63,844 nucleotides of DNA, filler included, from Octopus bimaculoides (GCF_001194135.2; 10 parts of 10 records of this genome joined end to end with filler, not necessarily neighbours in it), one strand, 5' to 3'; counted from the first letter of the whole stretch, positions 50,326 to 63,844 are shown. Notes: a model not told the origin generated them from the letters alone. Translations and numbers: made by a program.

Positions 50326-52420
50326 CAGTATACATATGCTTCAGAATGAAGCATCAGTCGAGTACAGAAGTAAAACTGTACTTCATGTTTGAAGCTCCGA
50401 TGAACCACTCAGTTATACTCATGCTTTCAACTCATCTTGTTGCAGAAACAGCTGTAAGATAACGAAGTTCATAATATAAATATCTTTCCCTTTGTCATTC
50501 TAATTTCTTATATAAGTACATAGAAACACACACATCCGTAGTATATGAATGAAAAGGCGTACTTTCACTCAGTAAAGGCAGGGATAATATATGTGTGTAG
50601 GTATAAGATGAACGTAACTCTACATGAATGTTTAAACATAGGTGTTAGTGTGTGCGCGTGCGTGTCTATGAGTGCGTACGTCTATATGTGTGTGTGTGTG
50701 AGAGAGAGAGAGAGTGTGTGTGTGTGTGTGTGTTTAAGTGTTTATACTGGCATGTAGATGTGAAAGCAGGGCAGATAGACAAATGACTGTGGTGACTACA
50801 TAACGCTACAACGTTGTGTGTGTCGTGCACGCGTGTATGTGTGTGCGTGCGTATGTGTGTGTTTTGTCCACCTGTTATCTTTGGTCATGCTCCAGTGGGC
50901 ACACTCACCACCTGTCATGCTAACAACTCCGTACAGCAACCTCATGTACTTCTAGACCTGCTACAAGTACAGTGCTAGCGTTGTTGTTATTGTTGGTTAG
51001 ATTTGGGTCAGTTCTGACGGAACAGCACTGACGATCAAACATGCTCCTGCCACGACCAACCACCCTGTTTCATTGTACTCTTAATTCATTTCTAGACACA
51101 GTGCGCATTATCATGTGCGGATTATCATATGCGCGAGATTTACCACACTGCTATTTCTAGCAGGTTGACGGAGCACCTAGAAGCCCGCCTCTCCCATATA
51201 TAATATGGCGAAGAACTTCGTGGGCATGTTGTGTCCATGGTGCCGATAGTGGTGGTGGTGGTGGTGGTGGTGGAGGTGATGATAGTGGTGATGGGGATGT
51301 GGGTAGGTGTGATGATAAATGAGGGGAGCGGAGATTCTGGAGTGTAAGGTGGGGGTTGAGGTGATGGTTATAATAAAAGTGATTGTTACTAATTGTTGCT
51401 GTAGCAGGAGTGAAGGAAGGAAAGCTGTGGTGGTAGTAGCAGTAGTAGCAGCAGCAGCACTAGAAGTAGTAGTAGTAGTGTTGNNNNNNNNNNNNNNNNN
51501 NNNNNNNNNNNNNNNNNNNNNNNNNNNNNNNNNNNNNNNNNNNNNNNNNNNNNNNNNNNNNNNNNNNNNNNNNNNNNNNNNNNNNNNNNNNNNNNNNNNN
51601 NNNNNNNNNNNNNNNNNNNNNNNNNNNNNNNNNNNNNNNNNNNNNGGTGGTGGTGGTGGTGGTGGTGGTGGTGGTAGTGATATTTCGTTATTGCCTTACT
51701 TGTGCATGTGATTATTTTTAAGGTTTCGAGCAGTACTATGATCATAAAACTTCCAGCCATGACGAACCCGCCTTTTTTTAAGGCTATTGCATTTTGGGCC
51801 ACGTTATCCAACTTGTGCTTCCCGTATTTGTAAGACGGCTGCTAAGAATCGATTTAAAGAAAATTTGGTTGCTATTTCTGGCGCTTCGAGGTTTTCAATC
51901 TTTGAGGCAAATATTAACAATGAGAGAGAATAAGAGAGAAAGGGGGGGATTTAGACGGAAGTGGTGATGTGAGAGGTGAACAGATTTAGATGTATAACAG
52001 TAGCAGGAGGAAGAGTAATGAAGAAGTATGCAGAAATAAATGGGAGAGAGGGAGGCAAAAAAAAAGGTTAAAAGAGAAGGAAACAGCCTTCAGAAAACCA
52101 CGGAGCTTGGCCCCTCTTATAAAATGATTGAATGAGCTGTTATGTTTCGGTCCTTTATATTGTGAGCAGAAAAGTCCCGATTAACTGAGATTACCTGTGG
52201 ATTAGTAGACAAATAATCCATCTACAGCTGCTTAAAAGCAACTGCCAAGGGAAATAACTCCAGTAAGATCAATTAATTAAATTGCTTAGAAATACGTGGT
52301 CGGAATGTATTTAGTTTTTAAAGTAAACTGATGAAAGTAGCATATGTTTCGGTGTTATTAGTCCTCCTCAGTAAATCATATATAACTGCGCTGGCAAGAT
52401 TTAGTATATACATGTATATA

Positions 52421-52598
52421 GTGGAGGCGCAATGGTCCAGTGGTTAGGGCAGCGGACTCGCGGTCGTAGGATAGCGGTTTCGATTCCCAGACCGGACGTT
52501 GTACTCTTTCACCACAACTTTCTCTCACTCTTACTTCCTGTTTCTGTTGCACCTATATTTCAAAGGGTCAGCCTTGTCACACTATGTCACGCTGAATA
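52421..52598 (+). mobile_element. tRNA-derived SINE family D (internally deleted)
   Basis: A-box TGGTCCAGTGG, B-box GGTTTCGATTCC; body shared with 49244-49601. Not a tRNA: no cloverleaf 3' half. Confidence 0.8.
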
Positions 52599-52608
52599 NN
52601 NNNNNNNN

Positions 52609-52639
<31 letters not shown>

Positions 52640-53037
52640 CACACACACATTGACATATAAAGAGAGTGTTTGAGAGAGGGAGACAGACAGAAAGAGGTTG
52701 TCTATGAATATCGGGAAGTGGAAAAGAACCTCTGGTAAACGATTTACATAATACATAGAAATACTGCAGATCCTGACTATGTGACCCACCGCTCTTACTG
52801 GTATCTGCTTCCCTAACGCTACCCTGTATGTAGTTTTCTGTGCAGGACGCTGCTCTGAGCTACTATCGCTGATACTACAGGGCACTCGGAGAATTGTTGG
52901 TCTACTTGTCTCGCTCCAGGTCTGTCGTAGATCGAGCAGACATAGGTTCAGTGGCATTCCAGATATGACCGTCCCGTTTTCGCGGTGGTTAGGGTGATCG
53001 TGTGTGAGTACCGTTGAACAGATGTCTGATATTTGTA

Positions 53038-53088
53038 TTAGTAGTGGTAGCAGAAATAGTAGTAGTAGTAGTGATTGCGGTGGTGGTG

Positions 53089-53148
<60 letters not shown>

Positions 53149-53455
53149 ATGGTGGTGGTGGTAGTAGTAGTAGTAGTGGTAGTAGTAGTAGTAGTGGTGG
53201 TGGTGGTGGTGGTGGTANNNNNNNNNNNNNNNNNNNNNNNNNNNNNNNNNNNNNNNNNNNNTTAATTAATTAANNNNNNNNNNNNNNNNNNNNNNNNNNN
53301 NNNNNNNNNNNNNNNNNAGAAGAAGAAGAAGAAGAAGAAGAAGAAGAAGAAGAAGAAGAAGAAGAAGAAGAAGAAGAAGAAGAAGAAGAAGAAGAAGAAG
53401 AAGAAGAAGAAGAAGAAGAAGAAAAAGAAGAAGAAGAAGAAGAAGAAGAAGAAAG
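53038..53455. repeat. (TAG/TGG)n tract, then (GAA)n ~45 units across a linker gap
   Basis: Read directly from the sequence. Confidence 0.95.
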
Positions 53456-53809
53456 ATTGTGTTTGTGCTAACAGAAATATATAAAAAAATTGTAGTGCTA
53501 TATATATATATCTATATATATATATATATATGGTGATTGCTTCTTTATGAAAGGCCATCTATTCAATTAGTAAATGCTGTCAAGAGATCTCCTATGACTA
53601 GGAGGTTCAGCTTTTGAAAAACAGACGCTACTGCAGATGTTACAAATATTTTCAATCCCCAAAGTCTTTTGGGATTGAAGTTACGACCTATTCACGAGGT
53701 GCTCGTGTAATGATGGTACGTTTCAATTGCTTCGCAACCATCGTGAATCACTTCTTTCCAAACCGATCTATTCACCATCATTTGCTCACAGTCATCAACA
53801 CCCACTTTA

Positions 53810-54000
53810 TCATACATAAAACTATTTCCGACGACGTCCCTAAAACATTTCTAAGGTTTCAGTCTTGGACGTTTACCACGTGCAATTCCTTCAGAACAAG
53901 TCCACCAAACCCATCGCGATTAAGGACCAGTTACTGTGCAACAGCCTGGGTTTCACGGGCCCACAACTTTTTACTATTCTCCCAAAAGCATAGGGGTCCT
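53810..54000 (+). mobile_element. CR1-type LINE 3' fragment
   Basis: TGCAACAGCCTGGGTTTCACGGGCCCACAACTTTT..ATTCTCCCAAAA is homologous to 24436-24490. Confidence 0.7.
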
Positions 54001-54910
54001 ATATAGATATAGATGAATGTATATGTATGTATGTATATATATATATATATATATATATNNNNNNNNNNNNNNNNNNNNNNNNNNNNNNNNNNNNNNNNNN
54101 NNNNNNNNNNNNNNNNNNNNNNNNNNNNNNNNNNNNNNNNNNNNNNNNNNNNNNNNNNNNNNNNNNNNNNNNNNNNNNNNNNNNNNNNNNNNNNNNNNNN
54201 NNNNNNNNNNNNNNNNNNNNNNNNNNNNNNNNNNNNNNNNNNNNNNNNNNNNNNNNNNNNNNNNNNNNNNNNNNNNNNNNNNNNNNNNNNNNNNNNNNNN
54301 NNNNNNNNNNNNNNNNNNNNNNNNNNNNNNNNNNNNNNNNNNNNNNNNNNNNNNNNNNNNNNNNNNNNNNNNNNNNNNNNNNNNNNNNNNNNNNNNNNNN
54401 NNNNNNNNNNNNNNNNNNNNNNNNNNNNNNNNNNNNNNNNNNNNNNNNNNNNNNNNNNNNNNNNNNNNNNNNNNNNNNNNNNNNNNNNNNNNNNNNNNNN
54501 NNNNNNNNNNNNNNNNNNNNNNNNNNNNNNNNNNNNNNNNNNNNNNNNNNNNNNNNNNNNNNNNNNNNNNNNNNNNNNNNNNNNNNNNNNNNNNNNNNNN
54601 NNNNNNNNNNNNNNNNNNNNNNNNNNNNNNNNNNNNNNNNNNNNNNNNNNNNNNNNNNNNNNNNNNNNNNNNNNNNNNNNNNNNNNNNNNNNNNNNNNNN
54701 NNNNNNNNNNNNNNNNNNNNNNNNNNNNNNNNNNNNNNNNNNNNNNNNNNNNNNNNNNNNNNNNNNNNNNNNNNNNNNNNNNNNNNNNNNNNNNNNNNNN
54801 NNNNNNNNNNNNNNNNNNNNNNNNNNNNNNNNNNNNNNNNNNNNNNNNNNNNNNNNNNNNNNNNNNNNNNNNNNNNNNNNNNNNNNNNNNNNNNNNNNNN
54901 NNNNNNNNNN

Positions 54911-54941
<31 letters not shown>

Positions 54942-56329
54942 TATGTACATAGATATTTATATATTTATGTCTGTGTGTATCAATAGAAATGATGTTTTTT
55001 TTATATAATGATACATACGCATGCATATACATTCGCACACATATGCCAACACACAAATGTTTGTAAAAATGTTCTGTTTGTTTGTAATCCCAAACAATTC
55101 TAAATAAATAAATTTAAATTCTCTGTTTAGAAATCACAACTTTAATAAAATAAAAAAAAGTAGGGGGATTCTATGGAAATGCTTATTTTATTTCATGGAT
55201 TGCTGGTCATTGTAACAATACAATTGTGGTATGATAGAAGGAAAACAACAATTAATGCAACAATTTTAGGAGTATCTATTCTGCAATGAAAATATACACA
55301 ATGAATATATCAGATTACAACGTATACAAGATATCTGTCTATTCTTTGCATAAATAAACCCTTCTAGCAATGCGTGATATCAAAAGTCGTAATGATATCG
55401 TACACTGTAAAAGCTTATCGTTGCCGTGGTTGTTTTGTATGCGTTACGTTCTTATTTTAAAGTTTTATGTACAAATAAACGTAAACAGAATATCTCTTAA
55501 AATTTGTTTACTATCGAAAAAAGCATATTAAATAAACTAGTCACCGAACCTTAGAAATCAATTGTGCAGATGTGCATGATAAAAACAGATACAATTTTAT
55601 AAGAAATATTCCATTATACATAAAGATATAACGCTATAATAAACATTAACGAAGATAAAGTCTATAGTAGAAGACATAGCTTCGTTTTCTACATTTTGAG
55701 TTCAACTCCCAATTCTTTTCGTGTTCGGTTCATAAATGTATAAGTCAAAGAGAGTCGGTTGAAATAACTGAACGTTTTCACCTGAAAATTCTTGCCACGT
55801 ATTTATTACAATCTATATAAGATTGAGGTAGAGTAAAATAATCTTACATTTCTCGCAGTCTCTTATGTCTTCCGAGTGGATGTATCGCAACACAAATAAA
55901 TTTGGAATATATATTTTCGTAATGAATAAAATATATACGGGGAATTTGGTGGAATACATTCAGTTGGCTCTAACCCTCAGCGAAAAAATTATATGCCAGT
56001 TATATGCAGCCTTACTCTGTTCATAATGGCCGTTTGTTATTAATAAGGATAATTCACAAAAAAAAAAACAACAGGCGAAGACAGGTGGTGTAGAAAACAA
56101 ACAGATGTATTAGTATAACCCTCGGGAATTGAAAAAGTATTTAACGTTTTGAGCCTACGCTCTTCCACAGAATGGAACACAGAAAGAAACAAGTAGAGAA
56201 ACAAGGAGAGAAACAAATGTGTGTAGTGGTTAGAGATCTATCATGGCGAATCTATCTGTTATTAATAACATGTATACTGACTTATAATGAATATTCCATT
56301 GTACGTAAGGTTATTTCGTTAAGATAAAC

Positions 56330-56600
56330 TCCGAGGTTTCAGGGGCCCATAGCCTTTTAATATTCTCCCCCAAAAGCCTGAGAAACGGACACAAAGTGGA
56401 TGTGTGTCCTTTCAAATCAAAACTGGATCTCTTACTGTCGAGAGTCCCAGATGACCCTACCTCGTGGCAGGAGGCGCAAATGGGGGAGGAGAAACATCAA
56501 ACTCCCTTATTCATCAAATGCCACATATCAGAAGAGGCTCACAATAATAACAACGTAACAAAACTGTGCCCCAGGATGGCCAAAGCTTGAAGTTGAAACC
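56330..56600 (+). mobile_element. CR1-type LINE 3' end
   Basis: FKSKLDLLLSRVPDDPTSWQE.. and 3' UTR GTGCCCCAGGATGGCCA homologous to 24530-24720. Confidence 0.8.
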
Positions 56601-56628
56601 AATTAGCATATATATATATGTATACACA

Positions 56629-56660
<32 letters not shown>

Positions 56661-57345
56661 TACACACACACACACGAACACACACACATACACACACACA
56701 CACACATATATATGTACATAAATATATATATACAGGCCGAAATATCTCCCAATCAGAGTTCCGCCTACTAAATTCTATCATACGATTCCATGCAGTCTCT
56801 TTTGATGGTAAATACACATGATAAGTAATAATCCAGTTGTAGCAATTCCGTTGGTTTCAGAATCATCGTATCAAAACTCCACTATCTAGTGTAACTTTTC
56901 TCTCTTAAAATAAAAGGAAATTTTGACTGCTATTTCTAGCAGGTTAGGAAAGCACTAAGAGACGTGGGCGTTGAACTGTAATTATTTCATAAAATGTAGT
57001 TACATTGTCAAACAAGACACTATGAATTAAAATTGATACCCATTCAATTTCATTGTTATTATTTTCAGAGCAAATCCTTGAGCAGTTCAACTATGTTTTG
57101 TCAAACCAGTGCTAGTCAAACTATTACCCATTAACTGTAATTATACTTCTAATAGAATTGGATGCATTCATTTAGTTACATCATTATTAATGCTCCATAA
57201 CATTTATAAGGTTGTAACTATGCTACTCTAAAAAATAATAATACTTAGAAAATTATGGTATAGATGTATTTCAAAATTAATTTCAACCCCGTTGGAACTA
57301 ATTTCAAATCCTGAGGACATTTGTGATATTAAAGTTTCATATTAA

Positions 57346-57635
57346 CCCATTACCTACCAGTGATCTCATATGAGATAACTTAAAAATTACAAATTTCGTA
57401 ATTATCTGTCAATATTTACACATATCTAACCTTTTTGCTATATCTACTAGGTATATTTCTCTGATATTCAAATGAGGTTCGCTAAATTTTCACCCAATAT
57501 CTTGTTTATTTCTTATTAAAAATGTTATTTTGAAATGTTATTTTGATCATGCCAGCATGTTTCTGAGGCTGTTTTATGTTAGAATTGAAAGTTTCATAAA
57601 ACATTCCAGTTAATAGAATTATGGGAGGTAATGGG
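57346..57635. mobile_element. piggyBac MITE, 290 bp
   Basis: TTAA|CCCATTACCTACCA ... TGGGAGGTAATGGG|TTAA: 14-bp TIR (1 mismatch), CCC/GGG termini, TTAA TSD at 57342-57345 and 57636-57639. Confidence 0.9.
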
Positions 57636-58851
57636 TTAACTGACGTGTAATATCTACAAATATTTCGGATATTGATGGAAATTCTATGAAATCAATCATG
57701 CTAGAAACAGCAGAAGAACTCACTCTTGCAAGGACATTGGACATTCCTGAAATAAAACACCTTCCTTCAAAATTGGTTCCCTTGTTCTTAAATTAGAAAG
57801 CAATTATTATAAAGCGAAAATATCTTCAACTTTTTCTGAAAGAAAACACACAGATTATGGCATAATTTTTTGTCTTTATAATAAATATTAAATTCCATTT
57901 GTAAAAGCGGTTGGCGTTAATAAATATTACTTGATGTGATTTATTTGAAGAAATCATATAAAAAATATCTTAATAATAATAATGATCTCCTAACACACTG
58001 TAAACGTTAGGTCATACATATTTTCTTTTCTTTTTGTTTAATAGAAAACTTCCATAAATTTCGTTGAATTATTTATTATTTCTTTAAACGCCAGTAAGAT
58101 TTTACTGTATTTTTCATACAGATTTATCTACTTAGATCGGANNNNNNNNNNNNNNNNNNNNNNNNNNNNNNNNNNNNNNNNNNNNNNNNNNNNNNNNNNN
58201 NNNNNNNNNNNNNNNNNNNNNNNNNNNNNNNNNNNNNNNNNNNNNNNNNNNNNNNNNNNNNNNNNNNNNNNATATATACATTTTTTTTAGAAAGAGAGCA
58301 AAGCATAAAAGATAGGCAAAACTATCGATCCAGATGAAAAGTAAATTTTTTATTGATTCCATTAGCGTCTAATGGCGAGTGAAACATTTTAGTGTGGGTA
58401 CAAAATGGACAAAGTGCTGCTACTAGCATTAGCCCATTTAACAAAATGGTGGCGCGTTTTATTTCTTTTGACATCGAACGCATAAAAGACGGGTTTACAC
58501 ATCGTAAATTTATCGTTGTACTCCACCTCATTATTTGATGGCAAATTTTATTATAAATCTATTTTATGATATAAACATCACTGACTGACAACAGTCTATT
58601 TCCAGAAGATATGTTATCGCAAATTAAAATACATTGTAACACTAATTACTTTGGCGTAAGTTTTTCGCCAAAATCATGTCAAATTTCCTATCATTCAAAA
58701 GATGATTCAAGTGCTTTCAGTCTGAATTTACCAGGAAGGAATTTCTGGTAATATCAAAACAATTTTTAACATACACGTTAGCCTTAAGCATCATTTGCTT
58801 ATACAGAGCAATATTTCCGAAGGTATAATATACTCTAAACTGCACTATCTA

Positions 58852-58852
58852 C

Positions 58853-58910
<58 letters not shown>
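58852..58910. repeat. (TAA)n microsatellite
   Basis: Read directly from the sequence. Confidence 0.95.
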
Positions 58911-58911
<1 letters not shown>

Positions 58912-60047
58912 CGGTGGAAGATTTGAAGGAAGCGATCTTTTAACGAAGATAATTTTTTTAAAATATTTCTTATTCTTAAAAAAATGAAATTTTACTGTCA
59001 TACAAAGCATAGGTCCTCCTATGCACGATGTCTCAGTGAAACACGTGCGATCACACACGCAAAACCAACACCGGAAAGTTTACAAACTATATAAAAAAGA
59101 AATGGAACAAAATAGTAAGTACATCTATTGAATAACTACGCATACACTCGAACGTGTACACAATGATATATACGTTTTGATACCCATAGAACTACACATG
59201 CATCTTAATGTTTACACAACTACGTGAAATTCACAGGACACACTCACGCACACAAAAACACATATCACACACGAAGCAAAACCAAAACTTTTTTTTCTTC
59301 TTTATTTTCATTTTGTGAACAAACACAGACANNNNNNNNNNNNNNNNNNNNNNNNNNNNNNNNNNNNNNNNNNNNNNNNNNNNNNNNNNNNNNNNNNNNN
59401 NNNNNNNNNNNNNNNNNNNNNNNNNNNNNNNNNNNNNNNNNNNNNNNNNNNNNNNNNNNNNNNNNNNNNNNNNNNNNNNNNNNNNNNNNNNNNNNNNNNN
59501 NNNNNNNNNNNNNNNNNNNNNNNNNNNNNNNNNNNNNNNNNNNNNNNNNNNNNNNNNNNNNNNNNNNNNNNNNNNNNNNNNNNNNNNNNNNNNNNNNNNN
59601 NNNNNNNNNNNNNNNNNNNNNNNNNNNNNNNNNNNNNNNNNNNNNNNNNNNNNNNNNNNNNNNNNNNNNNNNNNNNNNNNNNNNNNNNNNNNNNNNNNNN
59701 NNNNNNNNNNNNNNNNNNNNNNNNNNNNNNNNNNNNNNNNNNNNNNNNNNNNNNNNNNNNNNNNNNNNNNNNNNNNNNNNNNNNNNNNNNNNNNNNNNNN
59801 NNNNNNNNNNNNNNNNNNNNNNNNNNNNNNNNNNNNNNNNNNNNNNNNNNNNNNNNNNNNNNNNNNNNNNNNNNNNNNNNNNNNNNNNNNNNNNNNNNNN
59901 NNNNNNNNNNNNNNNNNNNNNNNNNNNNNNNNNNNNNNNNNNNNNNNNNNNNNNNNNNNNNNNNNNNNNNNNNNNNNNNNNNNNNNNNNNNNNNNNNNNN
60001 NNNNNNNNNNNNNNNNNNNNNNNNNNNNNNNNNNNNNNNNNNNNNNN

Positions 60048-60954
60048 TAAAGAAGATACTACAGAGGAAATAATTATAAACCAACCCAAGGCTGATGAAA
60101 ATACAGTAATGATTGAAAGAGTTAAGGTAACTGATAGGCAAAGTGAAATACTCTCTGAACCAACCATAAACACTAAGGCAGGTGAAAATCAAATAGATGA
60201 AGTAAGTTATACAGAAATCGACGCAACAAAACTACATGATCTAAAAAATCAAATCATGATTGAATGGCTGAAAATTAAAGAAACCAGTATGAATGAACGC
60301 GACACTCTCCCCAAAATTCACAATTCTAACCAAAACCTGAAAATAATTGGTAAAATCCGCCTTGCACTTAAGGATATAATTTCAGCTAACGATGTTGATA
60401 TTACAGATCGCAACCACCTGTACTATGCATCCGCAAAAATCTCAACGGTTCTATGAGGTGAAAAGATTAGAAAACGACAACACTCCCCACAAAAAGCCTT
60501 CTTGGCAAGAGCGCATTCAACACCAAATTAAGATACTTAGATCTGACATAGAATGTTTGAAAAACCTTAAATTTGACAAGAGTATCAAACCTACAAAGAC
60601 CCAAAAACTAAAGAACAAATATAATGTGAAAACCATACTTGACATTGATACCATCATAGAAACCATCAAGCAAAAGGTATGTGCTAAAGCTGCCCGTATA
60701 GCAAGGTATGAAAAGCGTGTTAGATTCTTCCGAGATAATAACATGTTAAAAAATAACCCAAAAATTTTCTACAGGAAGATAGGGAAAACACCAGTAACAA
60801 TAAAGTCTGTCCCATCAAAAGAAGAAGTGCAAGAATTTTGGAATAAAATCTGGGCAGAAGATAAAACACACAATGAAAAGTCCCTTTGGATTGATAGAAT
60901 AACTACAGACCTAGACTCCTTAGAGGAACAAAAGTGGGAGGGGGTTAAGGTAGA
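60048..60954 (+). mobile_element. R4/Dong-type retrotransposon ORF, region N-terminal to the RT
   Basis: KKPSWQERIQHQIKILRSDI..ETIKQKVCAKAARIARYEKR..NNPKIFYRKIG..PSKEEVQEFWNKIW; one stop/frameshift near 60455; both ends are cut by gaps. Confidence 0.8.
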
Positions 60955-61399
60955 NNNNNNNNNNNNNNNNNNNNNNNNNNNNNNNNNNNNNNNNNNNNTT
61001 AATTAATTAANNNNNNNNNNNNNNNNNNNNNNNNNNNNNNNNNNNNNNNNNNNNTAATTCATTCCCCACTCTTAATTTGAAATTTGATTTTAATTAATAC
61101 CAATTTTTCTAGCAACAAAGACTATGTAATGAAATACACAATAAAATATCTATATATGATGCAAAAACTGCCCAAAGAAAGAAAGAGAGGATAATAGCCC
61201 CCCTATCTTGCTTTCAGAAAGGTAATGTTACTGGCCATTATAATTTATTAAAAAACCGGGCATAAATATTTATCTATAACAATATACTTTTGTTACACAA
61301 ATCAAGGAAACATATTCACATTAATAACAGCCATTATCATTATTTATTTTAAACAACAACAAGAGCATAATGACAAACTTGCAAAGAAAAGGAAATATG

Positions 61400-61790
61400 A
61401 AAAGACTTGATGTAAAAGATTTGAATCTTCCAACGCCACTGAACCATGCTTAATGTACCACTGCAGTTCAAATGTCAGGAAAATAAAATAATAATGTTTG
61501 ATGGTGAAGTGGTGAGGGTAGTGAGCTTTGGTTTGTACAAATTGCAACAGCAGTTGTCAAACACAATACATGGCGAGCAACTGAATATGCAGACTAAAGT
61601 TTCCCCATTGTCAACAGATAATTCTTTACAGATGCCATAAATGGATATTAGCAGGGTTTGACTAAGTAAGCCATAGAATCATACCGTGTAAAGTTTATCA
61701 AAACATAAATGACTCAACACCATTCAATTTGAGGATGAATCACTTGTAGCAAAACTCTTTGATCAATGAAGCTGTCATAAGATTTTGTGT
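61400..61790 (-). pseudogene. Decayed piggyBac-type transposase catalytic-region remnant
   Basis: LSHLCFDKLYTV*..IYGICKELSVDNGETLV then QFVQTK..PHHFTIK; echoes piggyBac LHF..DKLYK.R..Y.P..ELSVDE...QFIP.KP.RFGIK. Confidence 0.5.
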
Positions 61791-62710
61791 ACTGATGTAC
61801 GCATCACAAGGATCAGGGGGCATAACTGTGAATAGAGAGATGGGGGGGGGGAGTCAGCGGATAAGGGAGAATAAAATAAAGGTTCTAACAAGTGGAACAA
61901 GAGTAGCTCTTTTATTCTTCTGGTATAAATGGGAATGTTAAAGAATTTGCTGAATATGGTGCATCAGTGAAAGACAAAATATTTCAACTTTTCTATTTCT
62001 TTTTTCTTTTTTTTTTTCCAGAAAACTTTTTCTTTATTAATGCTGGAGGCAACCAGGTAACAACCCCATCCACCACTAATTTTTAATTTCTCTTTAACTG
62101 TTGGCTCATGAAATTAAAAAATTTAAATTACTTGATTAAAGTTTAGACACAAAAGACCTCACATGGAAACAACCATAATGAAATGAAATACATATCAGAG
62201 AAATTATTCTACATTTTAGTGAAGTGAATTGGAATAAATATATGAATCAATCAAATATTTTCTAATTATCAAAGCAGTTTAAAGTCTCTTTCTCTCTCTC
62301 CCCCTACATATGTAAATGTATGTGTGTGTGTGTATTTGTGGCTGTGTGGTAAGAAGCTTGCTNNNNNNNNNNNNNNNNNNNNNNNNNNNNNNNNNNNNNN
62401 NNNNNNTTAATTAATTAANNNNNNNNNNNNNNNNNNNNNNNNNNNNNNNNNNNNNNNNNNNNAGCTGGAGGAGATGTTCTCCTGGGGCTAAAAGCAACAG
62501 TAACATCCAACCGTAGAGGTCAGCCACATTTAAGTGGCAAATATACTTCACCTTGCCGTGCAGTTACTGTTATGTGATCTTCCTCTAACACATTAACTGT
62601 CCACCTAGTGGCCTCCTTTATATATATTTTATATATATATATATATCTGACTGTGCTAAAAGTATTGTGTAAACTCATTAGTAAATTTGTTGTTTCTTCG
62701 TAACTATCAG

Positions 62711-62746
<36 letters not shown>

Positions 62747-62828
62747 TACACCCTGTCATTCATTCCATGTATAATCATTGAGATGATGTCTTCATCTTCT
62801 TAATCGTTTACTTCCCATTTTCTTTCAG

Positions 62829-63001
62829 GTCTCATTAGCGAAGTGACCGAATCCTACAAGAATGGTTTCCTTCTTTTCGGCATCTTGGCAGCCGCCAGTG
62901 GACTCATCCTGTGTGTTTATTTGCTGGTCAGTAAATGCCGATGTGGAACTGACCAGTCAGAATCAACGAAAGAAACCAATGTAAAACCTGTTCATGTCTA
63001 A
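62829..63001 (+). CDS. Terminal coding exon of an SLC16/monocarboxylate-transporter-like MFS protein (last TM helix plus cytoplasmic tail)
   Basis: Polypyrimidine acceptor cttcccattttctttcag| at 62828. A phase-1 start gives (G)LISEVTESYKNGFLLFGILAAASGLILCVYLLVSKCRCGTDQSESTKETNVKPVHV* with TAA at 62999-63001. This fits the MFS/SLC16 TM11-TM12 pattern G-x-[LI]-x-[DE]-x-T-[GE]-S-Y-x3-F-x3-G followed by a hydrophobic helix. The family is assigned by motif recall only. Confidence 0.7.
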
Positions 63002-63810
63002 CGAACTTTCATTAGAACGACAACATACACATTTACAAGACATCTCACTCCCCTCTTCTCCGTCCCCTAACTGACATCATTAATTAATGATCGTTAGCCA
63101 GATTGAAAACAAATCCACACTGACTCATTTGGATTCATATATTTTTTTTCTTCTTTTTTGTTACTTTATTTGTTGTTGTTTGATATCTATATACACCCAT
63201 GTATATACACATACTTTATATTTTTACCAAACTTTATATAGTAAAGTCCGTTATTCATCAATAATGACAATGGTTACGACGAGGGTTCCATAGAATCAGA
63301 CAATACAATTTTTTTTTTAAATTCTGAGCCAACATCCTGCCAAGGTGGACGAGGTCAATGAAATATGAGTCCACTGAGTACTGAACTTCTGTATCATTGA
63401 CTCTGCCTACTGAAAGCAGTACTCCAGTATAGCCATGGCAAACTAGCAAAATAACAAAATTTATTACCAGTGGCAGCAAATGTGCTTCATTTGTGGCCCA
63501 TCTCAGTGGGTCACTGATTCCATACTCCTAGGTGTGTGTGTGTGTGTGCGTGTTCATGTATATATGCATTATATACAACTTGTGCAGGTTTCGATTAAAA
63601 TAGTCATCTGTATATCATATTCAATGCATATACATTTCATCGTGGCCAATTAACTACAGAATTCATCAGCAGGTAATATCCCATTATGAGCAAACTGCAA
63701 ATATATCAAAAAGCAGCCTACTGAGTGCAGTATTTGTCTGGAGAGTGTGTCTATAAGAGATATCACTGCAATTAACTGGCTTCTTCCTGATCTATTTACA
63801 TTAAAATTAT

Positions 63811-63844
<34 letters not shown>

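Noticed and set aside
51389-51811. Minus ORF ..KGGFVMAGSFMIIVLL..HHHH as a transporter TM segment
   Set aside because: Wrong strand for the SLC16 exon, crosses a gap, and appears to overlap a dispersed repeat (recalled, not verified).
52421-52500. tRNA gene
   Set aside because: A and B boxes are present, but it continues into a SINE body shared with 49244-49601; no complete cloverleaf.

Overview
Eukaryotic, AT-rich, repeat-saturated genomic DNA from a fragmented draft assembly. The SINE, LINE and microsatellite landscape looks like an octopod cephalopod; this is an inference from recalled repeat families, not a database hit. The window has many N gaps, and nine of them are synthetic 100-bp joins (44N-TTAATTAATTAA-44N). 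Only two host coding exons are well supported, both on the + strand. The first is the first coding exon of a sphingosine kinase (10362-11355; SPHK2-type N-terminal PH-like domain), split by a 209-aa low-complexity His/Asn-rich insert. The second is the terminal exon of an SLC16/MCT-like MFS transporter (62829-63001), which the ORF track misses. No other exon of either gene was recognised. The rest is mostly decayed transposons and simple repeats: R4/Dong-type REL retroelements, CR1-type and RTE LINEs, Penelope-like elements, tRNA-derived SINEs, Helitron pieces, hAT/piggyBac/pogo MITEs, piggyBac transposase remnants, hairpins and microsatellites. I did not find a clearly demonstrable novel multi-gene system. 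The best leads are the insert-split SPHK domain, an RTE LINE ending in three tandem C2H2 fingers, a minimal hammerhead-like motif in a Penelope end, a thrice-repeated 24-mer just inside SPHK intron 1, and the phase-compatible SPHK/SLC16 exon pair.
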